Origin: Zootoca vivipara
Taxonomy: Eukaryota
DNA: 64,000 nucleotides
Direction: 5' to 3'
Assembly (NCBI RefSeq): GCF_963506605.1
Contig: NC_083291.1
Coordinates: 21,142,001 to 21,206,000 of the forward strand
Shown: positions 24,401 through 37,022 of the stretch, piece by piece
Layout: the number at the start of each line of letters is the position of its first letter
Numbering within the stretch: the first letter of the stretch is position 1
Notes under the pieces: generated by a model
The model's database searches: none
Seen by the model: only the letters and a program-made list of their open reading frames with translations
Told to the model about the DNA's origin: nothing
Position numbers and translations under genes: made by a program

Positions 24401-26708
24401 GCCTTTCCAAGAGATTGTGGGCATTTAAATGACCCAATCTCTGGAATAGTAGTGTCGCCAATTGGCCTAGATTCTTTTTCTTTTATCTTTTGTCTGTACT
24501 TTCTTTTGCGCTCAGTTTCTTTCCGTCTGTATTCCATAAGTGATTTTGCAGACAAATTCTTTACCAACTTCATCTTTTCTCGCCTCTTCTTATCTCTGAC
24601 CCTCTCCTTTTCTTTGAAGCTTTCACATTTGTTTTTATCTTGTTTTAGTTTTTCACGCAGCTTTCTCATACGTTCTGCAGATGTAGTCTTTCCCATTTTG
24701 TGTATTGATTCAAAGGTTATATTATCTGTATTACTGTATGTATTCGCATTAGGGTAAAGTAACGGTAACTGCCTTTATGTTCCAGAAGGAACAGCTACTA
24801 TTGGTTCATTCAAGCAGCTGCATTTGGCTCCTTAGTCTTATTGGTTTCCACCAAAAGGCAGCTTTGTGATTGCTTGAGATTGTTCCCTCCAAAATGTATC
24901 TCTTTCTAGCTAGTTCCCCTCTCCTCAGTCCCTCAGTCTTGTTTGCCAGAATAAAGAATTATTACATGAGGAATCTGTCTCCTGTCTGCAGAGAGCTGAA
25001 ATCACTTGCTGAAATCACTAACTCAAGCTACAACAGTTAGCAACCTAATAAAATAAGCTGAAAACTGTCACGGGTGGGACAGAAAAAAATTATTAAAATT
25101 TCATGGTGTTTACATTAATTAACTGCATTTTTATTATTGATAGGTGTGTTATACTCTAATACATACTCCCACAATAAAACAAACATAACCTATAAATTAG
25201 TTTTATCACAAAATAAACTTTTGTACCTTTTGCTGTCACGGGTGGGACACTGAAACAGCATCCCATTCAATAATAAAAATAAAATAGAAATAACTTACCT
25301 ATTTAAAAATTTTCAAGTCCAATGTGTAGACAAAGTTATTCACTTTAATAATATACCAACAATGACAACCACAATTTTTGTTTATCTTTAAAAAATAATG
25401 CCAACCTAAATGAACAGAATTAAGCTACACAATCAGAAAAGTGATACTGAAACTTCAAGCTCAAATTTCTCATGAAAAAAATAATTTCAAATTCTTTTTT
25501 CCTTTGGAATATTGAACTTTAATATGTTTAGTTAATGAAACTATAAGTAAAATAAGTATATTTTAAAAATAATTTTTTTCTTATCAGGCTCATTTTTCAC
25601 GGAATGGCCCTTATTTCAAAAACTCATATTAGGTCTGAGCATCAAACTCACATGGGCTGATGTTAATCGGTAGTGCCTAAGCTTTCTTACCGTGTACCTC
25701 AGCTGGTCCTAAAAAAATGGTCCCTCCTATTCCAAAGGGCACCAAGCCTTGGTTTAGATGTTTTGTTGGGCTTGTATTTTCCCCAGCTGTCTTTGCACAT
25801 GACTTTTATTTGCTTTATCGTAAATTATTACATTACTTATATATGGGTGTGGCTGTTTTATTGTGTTTTGCTGTGTATTGTAAAGGCAGACTTTATCTAA
25901 AGATACTCTGAGGACAAGAAGAAGAATACCTGTAAAATGCTATTTGCTTTCTTTTCTTCTAGCGAATATTGGCCTCTCTTTGTCCTGTTCTTCTACACCC
26001 TTTCTCCAATTCCATACTGCATAGCAAGAAGAGTCGTCGAAGACACAGATGCTACAAGTAATGCCTGCAAGGAACTTGCCATATTTCTTACGACGGGCAT
26101 TGTTGTCTCAGCATTTGGGCTCCCAATTGTGTTTGCCAGAGCACTACTGGTTAGTAATTCCTCCTTTTGAGCATGTGTTTCACTGTGGTGTTCTGTTTGT
26201 TTAAAAAGTGAGAAGCATAGAACAGGGAAAACGATGATGGGTAGTTTATAAAGCTTGTAGGCAGGACTGTAGATTATTTGACAGAGCATCTGGCAGATAT
26301 ATAGCCCAGATTATGGTATCAGGCACATAAAACAGTTGAAACAAATAGGATCTATTTGGGAGGCCACCTGGGAACCCTCTGAGCTCCTAGGAACAATGGG
26401 TTCCACATATAAGCAAATATTATAAAAGTATGAAGTGGCTTGCATCCAGTGTAATCACTCTGAACAGAAAGAGCTTCCTCCATTCACAGAGCAATTACGT
26501 TGGTTGCAACTCAATAGGTAGCATAATGTGTACGTGTTTGTTTGCTTCTTTGTATATGCCATGTAACTCTCCTTTCCCCCCTCGACCATAGATTCGTTGG
26601 GGAGCCTGTGCGCTTGTTCTCACAGGAAACACAGTCATCTTTGCTACCATCCTAGGGTTTTTCTTGGTATTTGGCAGCAATGACGACTTCAGCTGGCAAC
26701 AGTGGTGA
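18496..26708 (+). CDS. LEPROTL1: Leptin receptor overlapping transcript-like 1 (endospanin-2, Vps55 family), complete, 4 exons, 131 aa
   Basis: Exons 18496-18511, 20953-21028, 25963-26149, 26592-26708 (16+76+187+117=396 nt), GT-AG. Translation [94 protein letters not shown]. Adjacent to SARAF as in human. Confidence 0.96.
19525..19660. mobile_element. hAT-type palindromic MITE (GGACTACAA-TCCCA family)
   Basis: TIR CAGGCATCCCCAAACT / AGTTTGGGGATGCCTG; 8-bp TSD CATTAGAC. Related degenerate copies at ~11800-11930, 16165-16290, 19745-19850, 21470-21600, 30750-30850, 59818-59952. Confidence 0.88.
21893..25610 (-). mobile_element. Complete Sola2-type DNA transposon (3718 bp) in LEPROTL1 intron 2
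   Basis: 10-bp TIR GGGCCATTCC / GGAATGGCCC (fits GRG..CYC termini), 4-bp TSD TTAT (21889-21892, 25611-25614), six 16-bp subterminal repeats, one long transposase ORF. Confidence 0.88.
22492..24696 (-). CDS. Sola2-type DDD transposase, 734 aa, intact
   Basis: Intronless ORF. Basic N-terminus, CVCKYH..CC..C..C..C cysteine cluster, catalytic motifs QVDFAENY (D372), [11 protein letters not shown] (D451), [13 protein letters not shown] (D492). Confidence 0.88.
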   Translation of the reverse strand: MGKTTSAERMRKLREKLKQDKNKCESFKEKERVRDKKRREKMKLVKNLSAKSLMEYRRKETERKRKYRQKIKEKESRPIGDTTIPEIGSFKCPQSLGKAVTKVKRVLPLSPRKRIAVLRKLVYESSPQASKTLFDKSPKQNTKSSIISQDNIAKVHEFYNSDDISRQAPGIKDVKSIKDPTSGKRIKIQKRHMNMTVQEAYALFKIDNPTVEISKSKFYELRPKNIDLASQMPHNVCVCKYHANFNFLIEAISRKDIFFPSTHSDLLSLTCCDLENEKCMNGECKKCVLNLHTLIDEDLNMSSEIFWKQWKDDCSSRPKVFEAKGTIEEAVNELQNQFSKFKKHFFVKRLQAKAFKNMKDTVADDEVILQVDFAENYLATSQDEIQSAHWTHNQITVFTGCAWTQGKVRSFAVVSDHLTHDKYSVYACLKAIIEELKKEFNRLTKVKIFSDGCAGQFKNKYTLSNLCFMPEDFGVDGEWFFFATSHGKGAVDGIGGLTKQAVWNAVKQRRVVINSASDFVKCAEKAVPRVKFVLLTPTDISANMAMLDERWTLVRKIPNVQSNHFFKAKDKRSLVYGPSFQKSTHVVFTELFKLKVSDVYRDSDSDTEKQDGVASCTNETDVPVVGVKPFVDGVTIGTYVLVEFETTTKRQRTRPTKYRYAAICQSNVEDDGEVKVMCMRAVNNSGKLFQVDEKDISYVQFEHILSILPQPNVKRVRRNIFYEFTENVDVFESG

Positions 26709-29557
26709 AAAGAGTTGGAAAGAGAACTATCGGCATCTTGTTTCATTCAGTGGCCATCCACCCAACAGCAAGAACGGGCAATAAAGCGAATGTACTCTTT
26801 CCACAGAGGGACTCTAGGTGTAGGATACTCTGTAGTCACTTTTCCTCTCCTTCCACATTCAACTTCTAACGTCTTGCTTGATTTAAATGTTATTAATTGT
26901 TGATGCTGTTTTAGTTTAATGCTTTACTTTAATGTGGGGATCAGAATGCTTAAATGTGATGTTTAAATCTGTTTTATTTCTTTGTTTTGTTTTTTGAAGA
27001 ACATAACTGCGTTTAAATATAAAATTGATCTTTTGACCATGAATTATTTTTAAGCTACAATGTACAATCGTGTAACCAAACTGGCAACAAATGGAGGACA
27101 CAGTCCAGTCATATGGAAGTGTTTTTGAAGCCCTATCCTGCACAGGTATTTTTTGAAGCAAGTCCCACTGAGTTCAATAGGGCTTACTCCCAAGCAAGTG
27201 TGCATAGGATTGTTCACGTGTCCTATTGAACTCAGTAGGAGTGAAGCATATGCTCAACGCTCACCCACTTTTGAAATAAATAGAAAGTGCTTAGATATAG
27301 CTGGCATGTGCTGTTTATTAGCAAATGTGTACATGGTTATGGGATTTTGGAAGTGAAGTGTAAAGAGCTTTGCAGTGCTTAATGGGTTGCTTGTTTCCAT
27401 AGACAGCTGAAAATGTGATAATGCCAATGGTATGGGGATAGCTTTTAATAAGGGGGAATTTTTTTATTGTTTTGGAAGTTTATGCTCATTGTACAAATAT
27501 TTTGCAAGTTTTTATTGTTGACACTCCAGATGAGGAGGGGGAAACCTAATTTCTCAATGGGAAGTGGAAGACGTCTGACATTTAAAATCCACTTTTTAAA
27601 AATCCCATTTTGAAATCTTTCTGTTTATATGTATTATACGCTTTGAAAATCTATGAAGTCAACTCTTTATAGGTTTTACCAAAGGGGAGGTAAAAGGAAC
27701 ACCCATGGAACTACTGATTATGGGCACAACTCAGAAGATCTCCTGCACAGGCCACATAGAAATGAATGGTAGTACTCTTGTCCAGCTCACTTTCAATGTC
27801 ACCGTGACATGTACAGGAGAACTACTGAGTGGACTGCACCCACTATGTTTGCAAAGTATAAAAGGAGAATTTCTGCTTCCCTTTTTAATTTATTTTATAA
27901 ATGGTATAAAAAGGCTTTTCAAATCTAGATTGAAACTTTTCACTGTAGGTAATAACTTACCTGACAGATCAATTATTGTATTGATATACAGTCAAAGCTT
28001 GGCTACCTTGCAAGATCTTTGACTATGAAGGTTTTATAGTGGTCCTGTCAATGTTCCGGTTTATGCATTAATAAATGTTAATCATAATTGTAGTTCTGTT
28101 AGAGTATATTACACATACCATACAATATTTATATTTGTTGCATACCTCTTAATTGTCTTTTCCATTAACCATAAATAACCGTATTTTGTAGACCCAATTC
28201 TTTTGGAGTGGTGCTTTGCTGGTGACTCGTTAGTAAGATACTCAGATGTCTCTGTCTATGCTCTGTCTATGCAGTCATGCAAACTAGCCCAGTCTAGCCA
28301 AGTGGTATAGTCACCTGAACACATTCCCCTCTTAATATACCCTTCTGCTGGCACAACTCAGTGGAGCTTTCTTCTTTCCTTCCCTGACTGGTTCATAGAC
28401 ATGCATGCTCCACATACCCATCTAGGCATCACTCACCTCCCCAGGATCTTGGGAGGGTGAGGGGCATCTGGATAGAGATAGAGGCAGTGAGTATGCATTG
28501 GTCTCCCACTGCAAGTAGGAGAGTTGAATGGAAACTCTTTGCTGCATCCTTTTACTGAGAGAACTCTGTCCATGGAAGGGAAGCTGCATCATGTCCTCCT
28601 TCATGTGCTGGCATCATAAAACAAAGGAGTTGGTGAACAGATTGTAGTTATCAGGGCATCAGTCTACAGAAGCATAGGCGATGAATGGGTTCTGTTTCCT
28701 AAAAATAATGTGATACCGACTTAAAATTCAAAACTCAAAAGTCTGAGGGTGATATTGACAATTACATCCCTATTGTAACTTCAAAAGCATTTTTGTCCTG
28801 AGATTCAAGAAGAGAAGAGGGACATGTACAAAGTGATTGTGAAGTACTTGTGCCCAGTTATTTGAATCTTGGTCCAAGTTTTAAATGTCTGAACATTTAT
28901 CCAGGTCCTTCAAGGATGTTGAAGCATGACTTCTGCATGACACAGATATTTATGCTCTCAAATCCCTGAAATTCCTTTGGAAATTCTTTACATTGACAGT
29001 GGAACAGTTATAGCTGTCCAATAGATAACTCATTTAGTGATCCTTCCAATCATGTATTATAGCAAATGAGTTCTCTTCTCCCCTGTTGTACTGTTACTTT
29101 TCTTTGTGAAATTACTGGCTACTCTTCAGTTGGGCGCCAAGTCTATTATATTTAATAGTAGTGTATTTCCTGTGTATTAATTGTGTGGACAGCATTGTGG
29201 TGGTGATCTTGCTTATTTTTAGACATAGTGCTGTCTCCTATTATCAGGTTAGACATTTGAGAGGTATGTCTTTCTTCATGTAATATGCACTGAGCAGCAT
29301 TGCCATGCTTCTACAAAGAGAAATTTTGATGAGAAAACAATAAAAAATTTAAATATCAGAATGTTTTGGCTTTTTAATGACCATCTTCTCTTAATAACAG
29401 GATAGAAATCCAGCTTCACTATAATGTGTGAAGTAGTTTTTCATGCTTGGAGAGCAGCAAGCCAATTACCTAGTCCTGATATATAGACGTTAGCTGGTCT
29501 GATGAAATTGACTCAGACAGTCAAATAGATCTATCTATGGCTTGGCTCTCTTTAAGA

Positions 29558-29809
29558 CAGGGATCAGCAAACTTTTTCAGCAGGGGGCCGGTCCACTGTC
29601 CCTCAGACCTTGTGGAGGGCCGGACTATATTTTGAAAAAAAAAAAATGAACGAATTCCTATGCCCCACAAATAACCCAGAGATGCATTTTAAATAAAAGG
29701 ACACATTCTATTCATTTTAAAACATGCTGATTCCCAGACCGTCCGCGGGCCGGATTTAGAAGCTGATTGGGCCGCATCCGGCCCCCGGGCCTTAGTTTGG
29801 GAACCCCTG
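29558..29809. mobile_element. hAT-Charlie-type MITE
   Basis: Ends CAGGGATCAGCAAAC / GTTTGGGAACCCCTG; 8-bp TSD CTTTAAGA. Confidence 0.85.
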
Positions 29810-30939
29810 CTTTAAGACTTGTGCCATAAGCTGAGCATATAGACAGAGCTGTGTGTATTCCCCATCTAAAAAATAAAAATTCACTGCAAATTCTGTCTCC
29901 ACAAATTCACAAGTTGCAGGAACTCAATTTAGCAAAAGTAAAAGTGATATTGATGTACTAAACATGTACAGAATAGTCCAATGAACTACAGATAATACAA
30001 TAAGCTAAAACTAATACAAGCCAAGGTCACTGAATGTATACAAGCTAGTGCCACTATGTAAACCAAAACTACAGGAACAAGATTTTCCATTCATAGAAAA
30101 GGGGTGAAAATGGTTTACACTTGGTATTTTTGTTACCTGCCATTGGGGACTCCTGTGTTTTTCATCACGAATTCACAAGACAGGGTATTACTCATCTGCA
30201 GAGGCTGTGGAGCATTAAAGGAAAGACTAGTTTGGAGGGCAGCAGTGCCACAGGTGAAAGGATATTGGCCTTTCTTGCTTATTGCTATATAACAACAAAA
30301 GAAGCACGTGGACCAAGGGGGAAATGCAGCATTTTAGGGCCAAGATTGGCCCAGGTTTGAAGTTTCAGTATGAGAGAGGAAAAAAGGGAACGAGGCTGGA
30401 GTTTTTTTGACCCTTCGCAGTGTTTCTCAAACTTTACAGACCCTCCAAGTGTCCCAGGGACAGTCCCAGATTTACAAAGGCCACCCCGGTTTCTGATTTG
30501 ATTTCCTTAGGACATCCCTGTTTTAATCAGGGTATAGAGTTGTCTGACCCCGGGGCCATCTGAAAGCAGCCCTGTATTGGGAAGTTTTTAAAAAAATAAA
30601 TGTGTAATGTTTTATTGTGTTTTTATATATGTTGGAACCTGCCCAGAATGGCTGGGGCAACCCAGTCAGATGGGCAGGGTATAATAAAATTAATAATGGA
30701 ATAGGATGTCCCTATTTTCATCGGAGAAGTGTTGGAGGGTATGAACTTAGGTCCCCAGCTGTTGTTGGACAACTCCCATCATCCCTAGCTAGCAGGACCA
30801 GTGGTCAGGGTTGTAGTTCAACAACTGCTGGAAACCCAAGTTTGAGCAACACCACTTGAGGTAAAGGAATTCTGCCTACGGTATGTCCAGAGGCGCCAAG
30901 ATTTCCCAGGAAACGAGTAGGGAATAAAACACGCCCACC

Positions 30940-31254
30940 GCAGGGGCTTGGACTAGCTGACCCTCGGGGGACACCTGCCAACTCTATGATTCTAAGCCAA
31001 ACCAGTCTCAACAACTTGCGCATGCGGCTTCGCTGCACGCCTGCTTGGGAGGCCCGAGCGCGTGGGCCCTGGAGACGCATGCGCATTTGCCCCCCGTTAT
31101 CCTAGAGCGGCGCGGGGTTTTTGTACACGACGAAGGCTTATAGTGCTACGTGGATGCACTTCCGGGTCGAAAGGCCATTGCCGGCGACTACTTTCCTTGG
31201 CCTATCCTGCACCCCCGCCCTCCGTTGCTTCTCTCCCTCTGCCAAGATGGCGGC
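30940..31254 (+). promoter_or_regulatory. SRP72 CpG-island promoter
   Basis: Two NRF1-like GCGCATGCG sites (~31018, ~31076), ETS CACTTCCGGG (~31157), YY1 motif AAGATGGCGGC overlapping the start codon. Confidence 0.7.
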
Positions 31255-34200
31255 GGGCGCGGGTGGCGGAAGTGGTGCCGGCGCGGCCGGGGCTGCCTCG
31301 GTGGCCTCGCTGTGGAGCGAAGTGAACCGCTGCGGCCAGAACGGCGACTTCGGGCGCGCCCTCAAGTCGGTCAATAAAAGTGAGTGGAGGGCGACGGAAG
31401 TCGCACAGGGCGAGGGACGGTGCTTTGCGCCTGGCGTCGCCTCCCTTATGCTCTCTCTCCAGGGTGGGCGCTCTGGGGCGCCCCTTCGGGGAGACGCGGT
31501 GGGGTGGCGGTGGCGGGCAGCCGGCAACTTTTTCTTAGTTAACCCCCTTCCCTTTGCGCGGGAGGTAGCTTCGAAACACGTTCCCAAGCGCTTCGCGTGC
31601 ATTAGCTTCGCTGGAACCTTCACAACAACCCTTCAGGGCGGGAAGAACGGCTTGCCTCAGATTTGCTGGTGGCTGAGGGGTGGCTCAATCGCTTAGCTAC
31701 TCCAGTAACACACAGCAGGCTGTGCTCCCGTGCCCCTTTCGTGCTGATCCTGCATTAAGAAAGTCTCTCTCCTCGTTTGGATCTTCATGAGTGACAAGGC
31801 TTGGTTCACCCTAGTCCTTCAACTTTAGCACTGTTGCCCCACTTCAGTATGGGAATGATGATGATGATGATGATTTTATTATTTATACTGCGTCCATCTG
31901 GCTGGGTTTCCCCAGCCACTCGGCGACTTCCATCACATCTTAAAAACATAAGGAAACGTCAAACATTAAAAATGGTTTAACGGCAATATCGGCCTGGTAT
32001 CTAGGGTGCTTGTAAAGACCGCAGTGAGGTAATAATGCAGGTAAAGTGTTTTGAATGTTTCAAAGCGTGCTGTAACTTGAGTATTAGTAACAGTGCAGTT
32101 CAATTCAGTGGACTTACTCCCAGGTAAGTGAGGCTAGGATTGCAGCCACTTATTCCTTGAAGTGCTCTGTGGCTTTAACAGTTGTGTGACAGGCAGAAAT
32201 ACCTGATGTGGTCATTCATGTCACTGTACTTGCTTGCTGAATTGTTATTTGGTTGTACAGGGGATGTGCTAGGGAATAACCTGCCACGTATGTAAATAGG
32301 AAGCGGGTTGTACAGTTATGCATCTGTAGGTTAAAGAATTGAATTGCCATACTGAATTGAGTTAGGATGCTAATCTATGGAACTGTCATATCACTTTGAA
32401 ATAAGTCCTGCTATGTTCAGTGGGACTTAATGCCTGGAATGTGTGTTTAGGCTTGCAGCAAAGTATTCCCTCCTGCAGCTATACATTGCCCTCTCACTGT
32501 TGATGTTCCCTAGCAATCTGTCTTTCTACCATTGTATCATAGACTTGTAGAGTTGTAAAGGAGCCCAAGGGTAATCTATTCCAACCCCCTGCAGGGCAGG
32601 AATCTCAGCTGAAGCATCCATGACAGATGGTCATCCACACTCTGCTTAAAAACCTCCCAAGGAAGGAGGTTTGCCCACCAAACTTCTCACTAAGGATCCT
32701 TTAATAAGCTTCCAACTGGTATTATTTGGTTCCCTGGACCACAGTTGGAAAAGTGCTGTGATAATCTAAACTGGTTGTTTTCAAGATATAAATAACAGTG
32801 CCTGGGTTCTCATTGTTTAATTCATTGCCTTTGCTTTTCCTAGTACTGCAGATCAGCAAGGATGATGCAACTGCTCTTCACTGCAAAGTGGTATGCCTTA
32901 TCCACAATGGAAGTTTTAAGGAAGCCCTCAGTGTGATTAACACCCATACCAAAGTATTAACCAGGTGAGTGTTAAATATTAGCTGCTTATCAAACAACAT
33001 GGCTTTTAGACGGTGCAAGAGTTCTTTCAGTTTTTCAAAATATGCAAACGGAAACATTTACAAAATAAAGAAAAATACAGTTTCAAGAAAATTTTCTTTC
33101 TTCTTAGTCAATTAATTCTCAAAAGTGTAGGCTAACAAATTCCCAGATGTTACAGGAGTTATTCAGCTGGGTTTCTATGTGCATTACTGTAATGAGCATT
33201 CTTCCTAATTGGAAGGAATTCCCCAACAAATTCATGTTGCAGCCTCTGCTAAGGATGGGTAACACTGGTGAGTCTCTGTATCACACCCATACAGAGAGAC
33301 AACAGAATTAGCTGCTGCCAGTGAAAGCTAATTGGGAGGAGACAAGACCATGCAGAGATGCAAAAGGCAGCCTTCAGTGTGAATGTGTGCTTTTAGGTGC
33401 ACTAGAGCTTTTTATTGTTGAATAAGTTTCTTGGTACAGTAGAAGTTCTTTTGCAGCACACTAATATGTCCCAGCATGCAGCTGCATAATTGCTGACCTA
33501 AATCCTGTGTGTCTGTATGTATCAAAAAAGGTTTCCTAGTTGCATTGTGGGAAAAGAAGCTACAAGACAAGTCATAGAATCATAGAATTGTAGAGTTGGA
33601 AGAGAACCCAAGGGCCCTCTTGTCCAACCCCCTACAATGCAAGAATGTTAATATAGTGTTAATAAAAAAGCAGTTTATGGGATATCAAGAAAAATATCAG
33701 TCAAATAAGGATTGTATCAGTCAGTAAGCCAGCACTTTCAAAAGCAGACCCATTCAGTGTGGCGTGCAAAAGGATTGTGTGTTCAGTGCACAAAATATAG
33801 ACACACTCCTTTGTCTTGTTAAGCAAATAAGAATTATTATTGTGAAGCCATTCTATCTTTGCTTTTTCTGTGTTGCAATATATCTGTTTTGTTTGAATAT
33901 TGTTGCCATATTAGTCTGATGCAATGAGAAATTTATGAATATTAGCACATTTCTTGAAGCTTATCATATTGATTATTTTACATAATTACAAACTTGACAC
34001 ATGTCCAAAAATATGTCTTTATGATTTCTAAAGTATTAGTTCCCTTTTCTTGTGTTGTTTGGTTCAATATAATGTCAGTGTATATAGGATTCCCTCTTCA
34101 GTAATGAGTCTTAGCAAACACAACTGCTTTTTGAAGAGTTGATAATGAGAAATCACATCCCACTTCTGGCTTATGTTTCAGTGATTTGATAGCCTTTGAG

Positions 34201-36975
34201 AAGGCTTACTGTGAATACAGGCTGAATAGGATTGAAAATGCTCTGAAGACCATTCAAGGAGCCAGTCAGCAGACAGACAAGCTAAAGGAGCTGTATGGAC
34301 AAGTGGTAACTACTGCCTTGCAAACTCTTACTGCTTTTAATAACTGGATATAAGGCTTCAGATGCTGTGGTGGAGGAGTTTTCTCAATCTAAATGTGTGC
34401 TCTTTTACGGCAGGTTAGCAATCGCCTAAATAGGTCAGCCACAGTATAGTCCTGCAGCAATGGATGCTGACAGTATACCAAGACTGTGTTGAATAATGAA
34501 GACTGATTATAATAGTTCTTGTTAATTAAGCCGACCTGTTCTTACTTTTTGCCATCTTTCTTGTCCTCGTGGATGGTGCTATGAAATAAGAACATTTCAA
34601 AACTGAAAATGCAGCTTAGTCATGTATTTTTCATAGTGCACAACATCATGAGATCAGAATTTTATATGATTCTTCACTGGTATTTCACTTCACCTAAAGA
34701 TCACTGATCTTTAAAACCAGCAGGTTTTAATGCTGGAAATGTCAATATAAGCAAGTGATAATATTTTTTCATTTATGGGGGTATTCTGCATATGTATGAA
34801 CCTATTGGACTCATATAATAATAATAATAAATAAAGGCAAGAATAAAATTTTGATCTTCTACTTGCTTTTCAATATCTTCCTGGTTGAGGATTAAGGTGT
34901 GATAAAATGCTTTAGAGAAACATCTTGTAGAAACTAGAATTGCCTGGGCTTAGCATGGAAACTTATTCCAGCAATTGTGAAGTGTTCTGAGAATTACCAA
35001 GAGGGATATTTTATGATGGACAAAATGCATTGGAGGAAGAGTGTATTTCCCATGACAACTCTGGGTCTATAGGCACATGCCATGTTGTTGCTCTTCAGCC
35101 TAGAACTTTTGGGATTGATTTTCTCAACAACCAGAGGTAATAGTTTGGAATTTATGACCTTGGTAACTATTATACATTCACTCTTTCTGCTGGAAGAAAG
35201 TTGTTGCTTAGTGACATGAACGCCATGGATGGGGCTTGGTCTTTGTTCAGTGTTTCTTCCATAACACTGTGCATGTTTGTGTTTGTTTTTTCAATAAAGT
35301 TTTTTTTTCAAAAAAGAAGAAGAACTGGGGGTGTGGATTTCATTGTAGTGTAAAGTGGGGTATGCATGTGCAGAACAAGGCCTACTCGCACAATGGGACT
35401 TCCCCTGTGTGCCCCCTGAACCTGTTCTGGGGGTTCCCCATCACTCCAATGAAGATTTAGGGGGATGCAAGGGAGAAGAGGAGGAAATCCCATTTTGCGA
35501 CCTGACTACGTTCTGTGCATGCAGCAACTTAGTTGAACCCCGTCCAATACCTGCCTAGATTACAGGTATAGTATAAACATTACTGAGATATTATGGTTGC
35601 TATTTTATTTTGCAGACCTAGTTTTGACTATTTTCTGTTCTGTTGAGCTGCTAATCTAGATTTTTCCTTCCAGTTGTACAGATTAGAACGTTACGACGAC
35701 TGTTTAGCTGTGTACCGGGACCTCATACGCAACTCACAAGATGATTATGAAGAGGAACGGAAAACAAACCTCTCTGCAGTTGTTGCTGCACAGAGCACAT
35801 GGGAGAAAGTCGTGCCAGTAAGTAAGTTTGTGGCAGTGTGTATGTGCACGTGCAAGAGAGAGAGAGAGAGACTTCTTCCTTCATCTATTCTTGCTGTAAG
35901 GCTACAACAGGTGAACTGCATAAACGCCATGAAATACAGGGATGTGTCTTATTGGAACACCTACGTATGAAGTCATACCTCTGTTATTCTCAAGTCTGGT
36001 GAAGACCAAACTAGTCCAAATTATAGGCCAATCACCTTAATTATTGTAGTCAGCAAGATAATAATAGCAGTCATTGCTAACCAGACTGTGGTGGCTATAG
36101 TAGTACATTGATATTATTTGCCAAAGATGGGAAGCAGATAATTTAAGGTTGGTAGGAAAAGAGGATGCTTCAAACAGTAAAGGAGCTGATGTGGCTGCAG
36201 TTATTTCTCTTGATGCTGAAAAGGCTTTTTGTCAAACTACATTGATAGTTTATTTCTGTTACTTTGGGGGGTGAGGACAAATGGAATTTGGCATTTGAGG
36301 AAATTCATACACTTTTAAATTCCTGTAACATGGGGACGTGGGTGGCGCTATGGGTTAAACCACAGAGCCTAGGGCTTGCTGGCGGTTCGAATCCCTGTGA
36401 TGGGGTGAGCTCCTGTTGCTTGGTCCCAGCTCCTGCCAACCTAGCAGTTCGAAAGCACTTCAAAGTGCAAGTAGATAAATAGGTACCGCTCCGGTGGGAA
36501 GGTAAATAGCATTTCTGTGTGTTGCTCTGGTTCACCAGAAGCGGCTTAGTCATGCTGGCCACATGACCTAGAAGCTGTTCGCCGGCTCCCTCGGCCAATA
36601 AAGCGAGATGAGCGCCGCAACCCCAGAGTCGTCCGCGACTGGACCTAATAGTCAGGGATCCCTTTACCTTTAACGTGGGGACTGATGGACAACAAAAGTG
36701 GATTCTGCAATATTTCAAGGCTGGAAGGATAAACACCCAGCTGCTGCTCACTTGACTCCTGGTTGTTTGTACCACTGCTGCTCACTGGGAGGTAGAGGGC
36801 AAGGTGCAAGGTCAGCACAGTGCAAATGCACCAGCAGGAGCTCCGGATTAGCTCTGGCAGTGCATTTGCACTGTATTGACTTCACTGCTGCCGCCTCTCT
36901 CACTTCCTAGCAAACATTAACATGACTGACCAGATGCATTCCACAGCCCCATCGTGCCATCAGAGACTGTTCCTG

Positions 36976-37022
<47 letters not shown>

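Noticed and set aside
21905-25249. Repeated 16-mer as a CRISPR-like array
   Set aside because: Eukaryotic context, irregular spacing (6 nt to 2.7 kb), and the repeats flank a transposase inside TIRs; they are subterminal transposon repeats.
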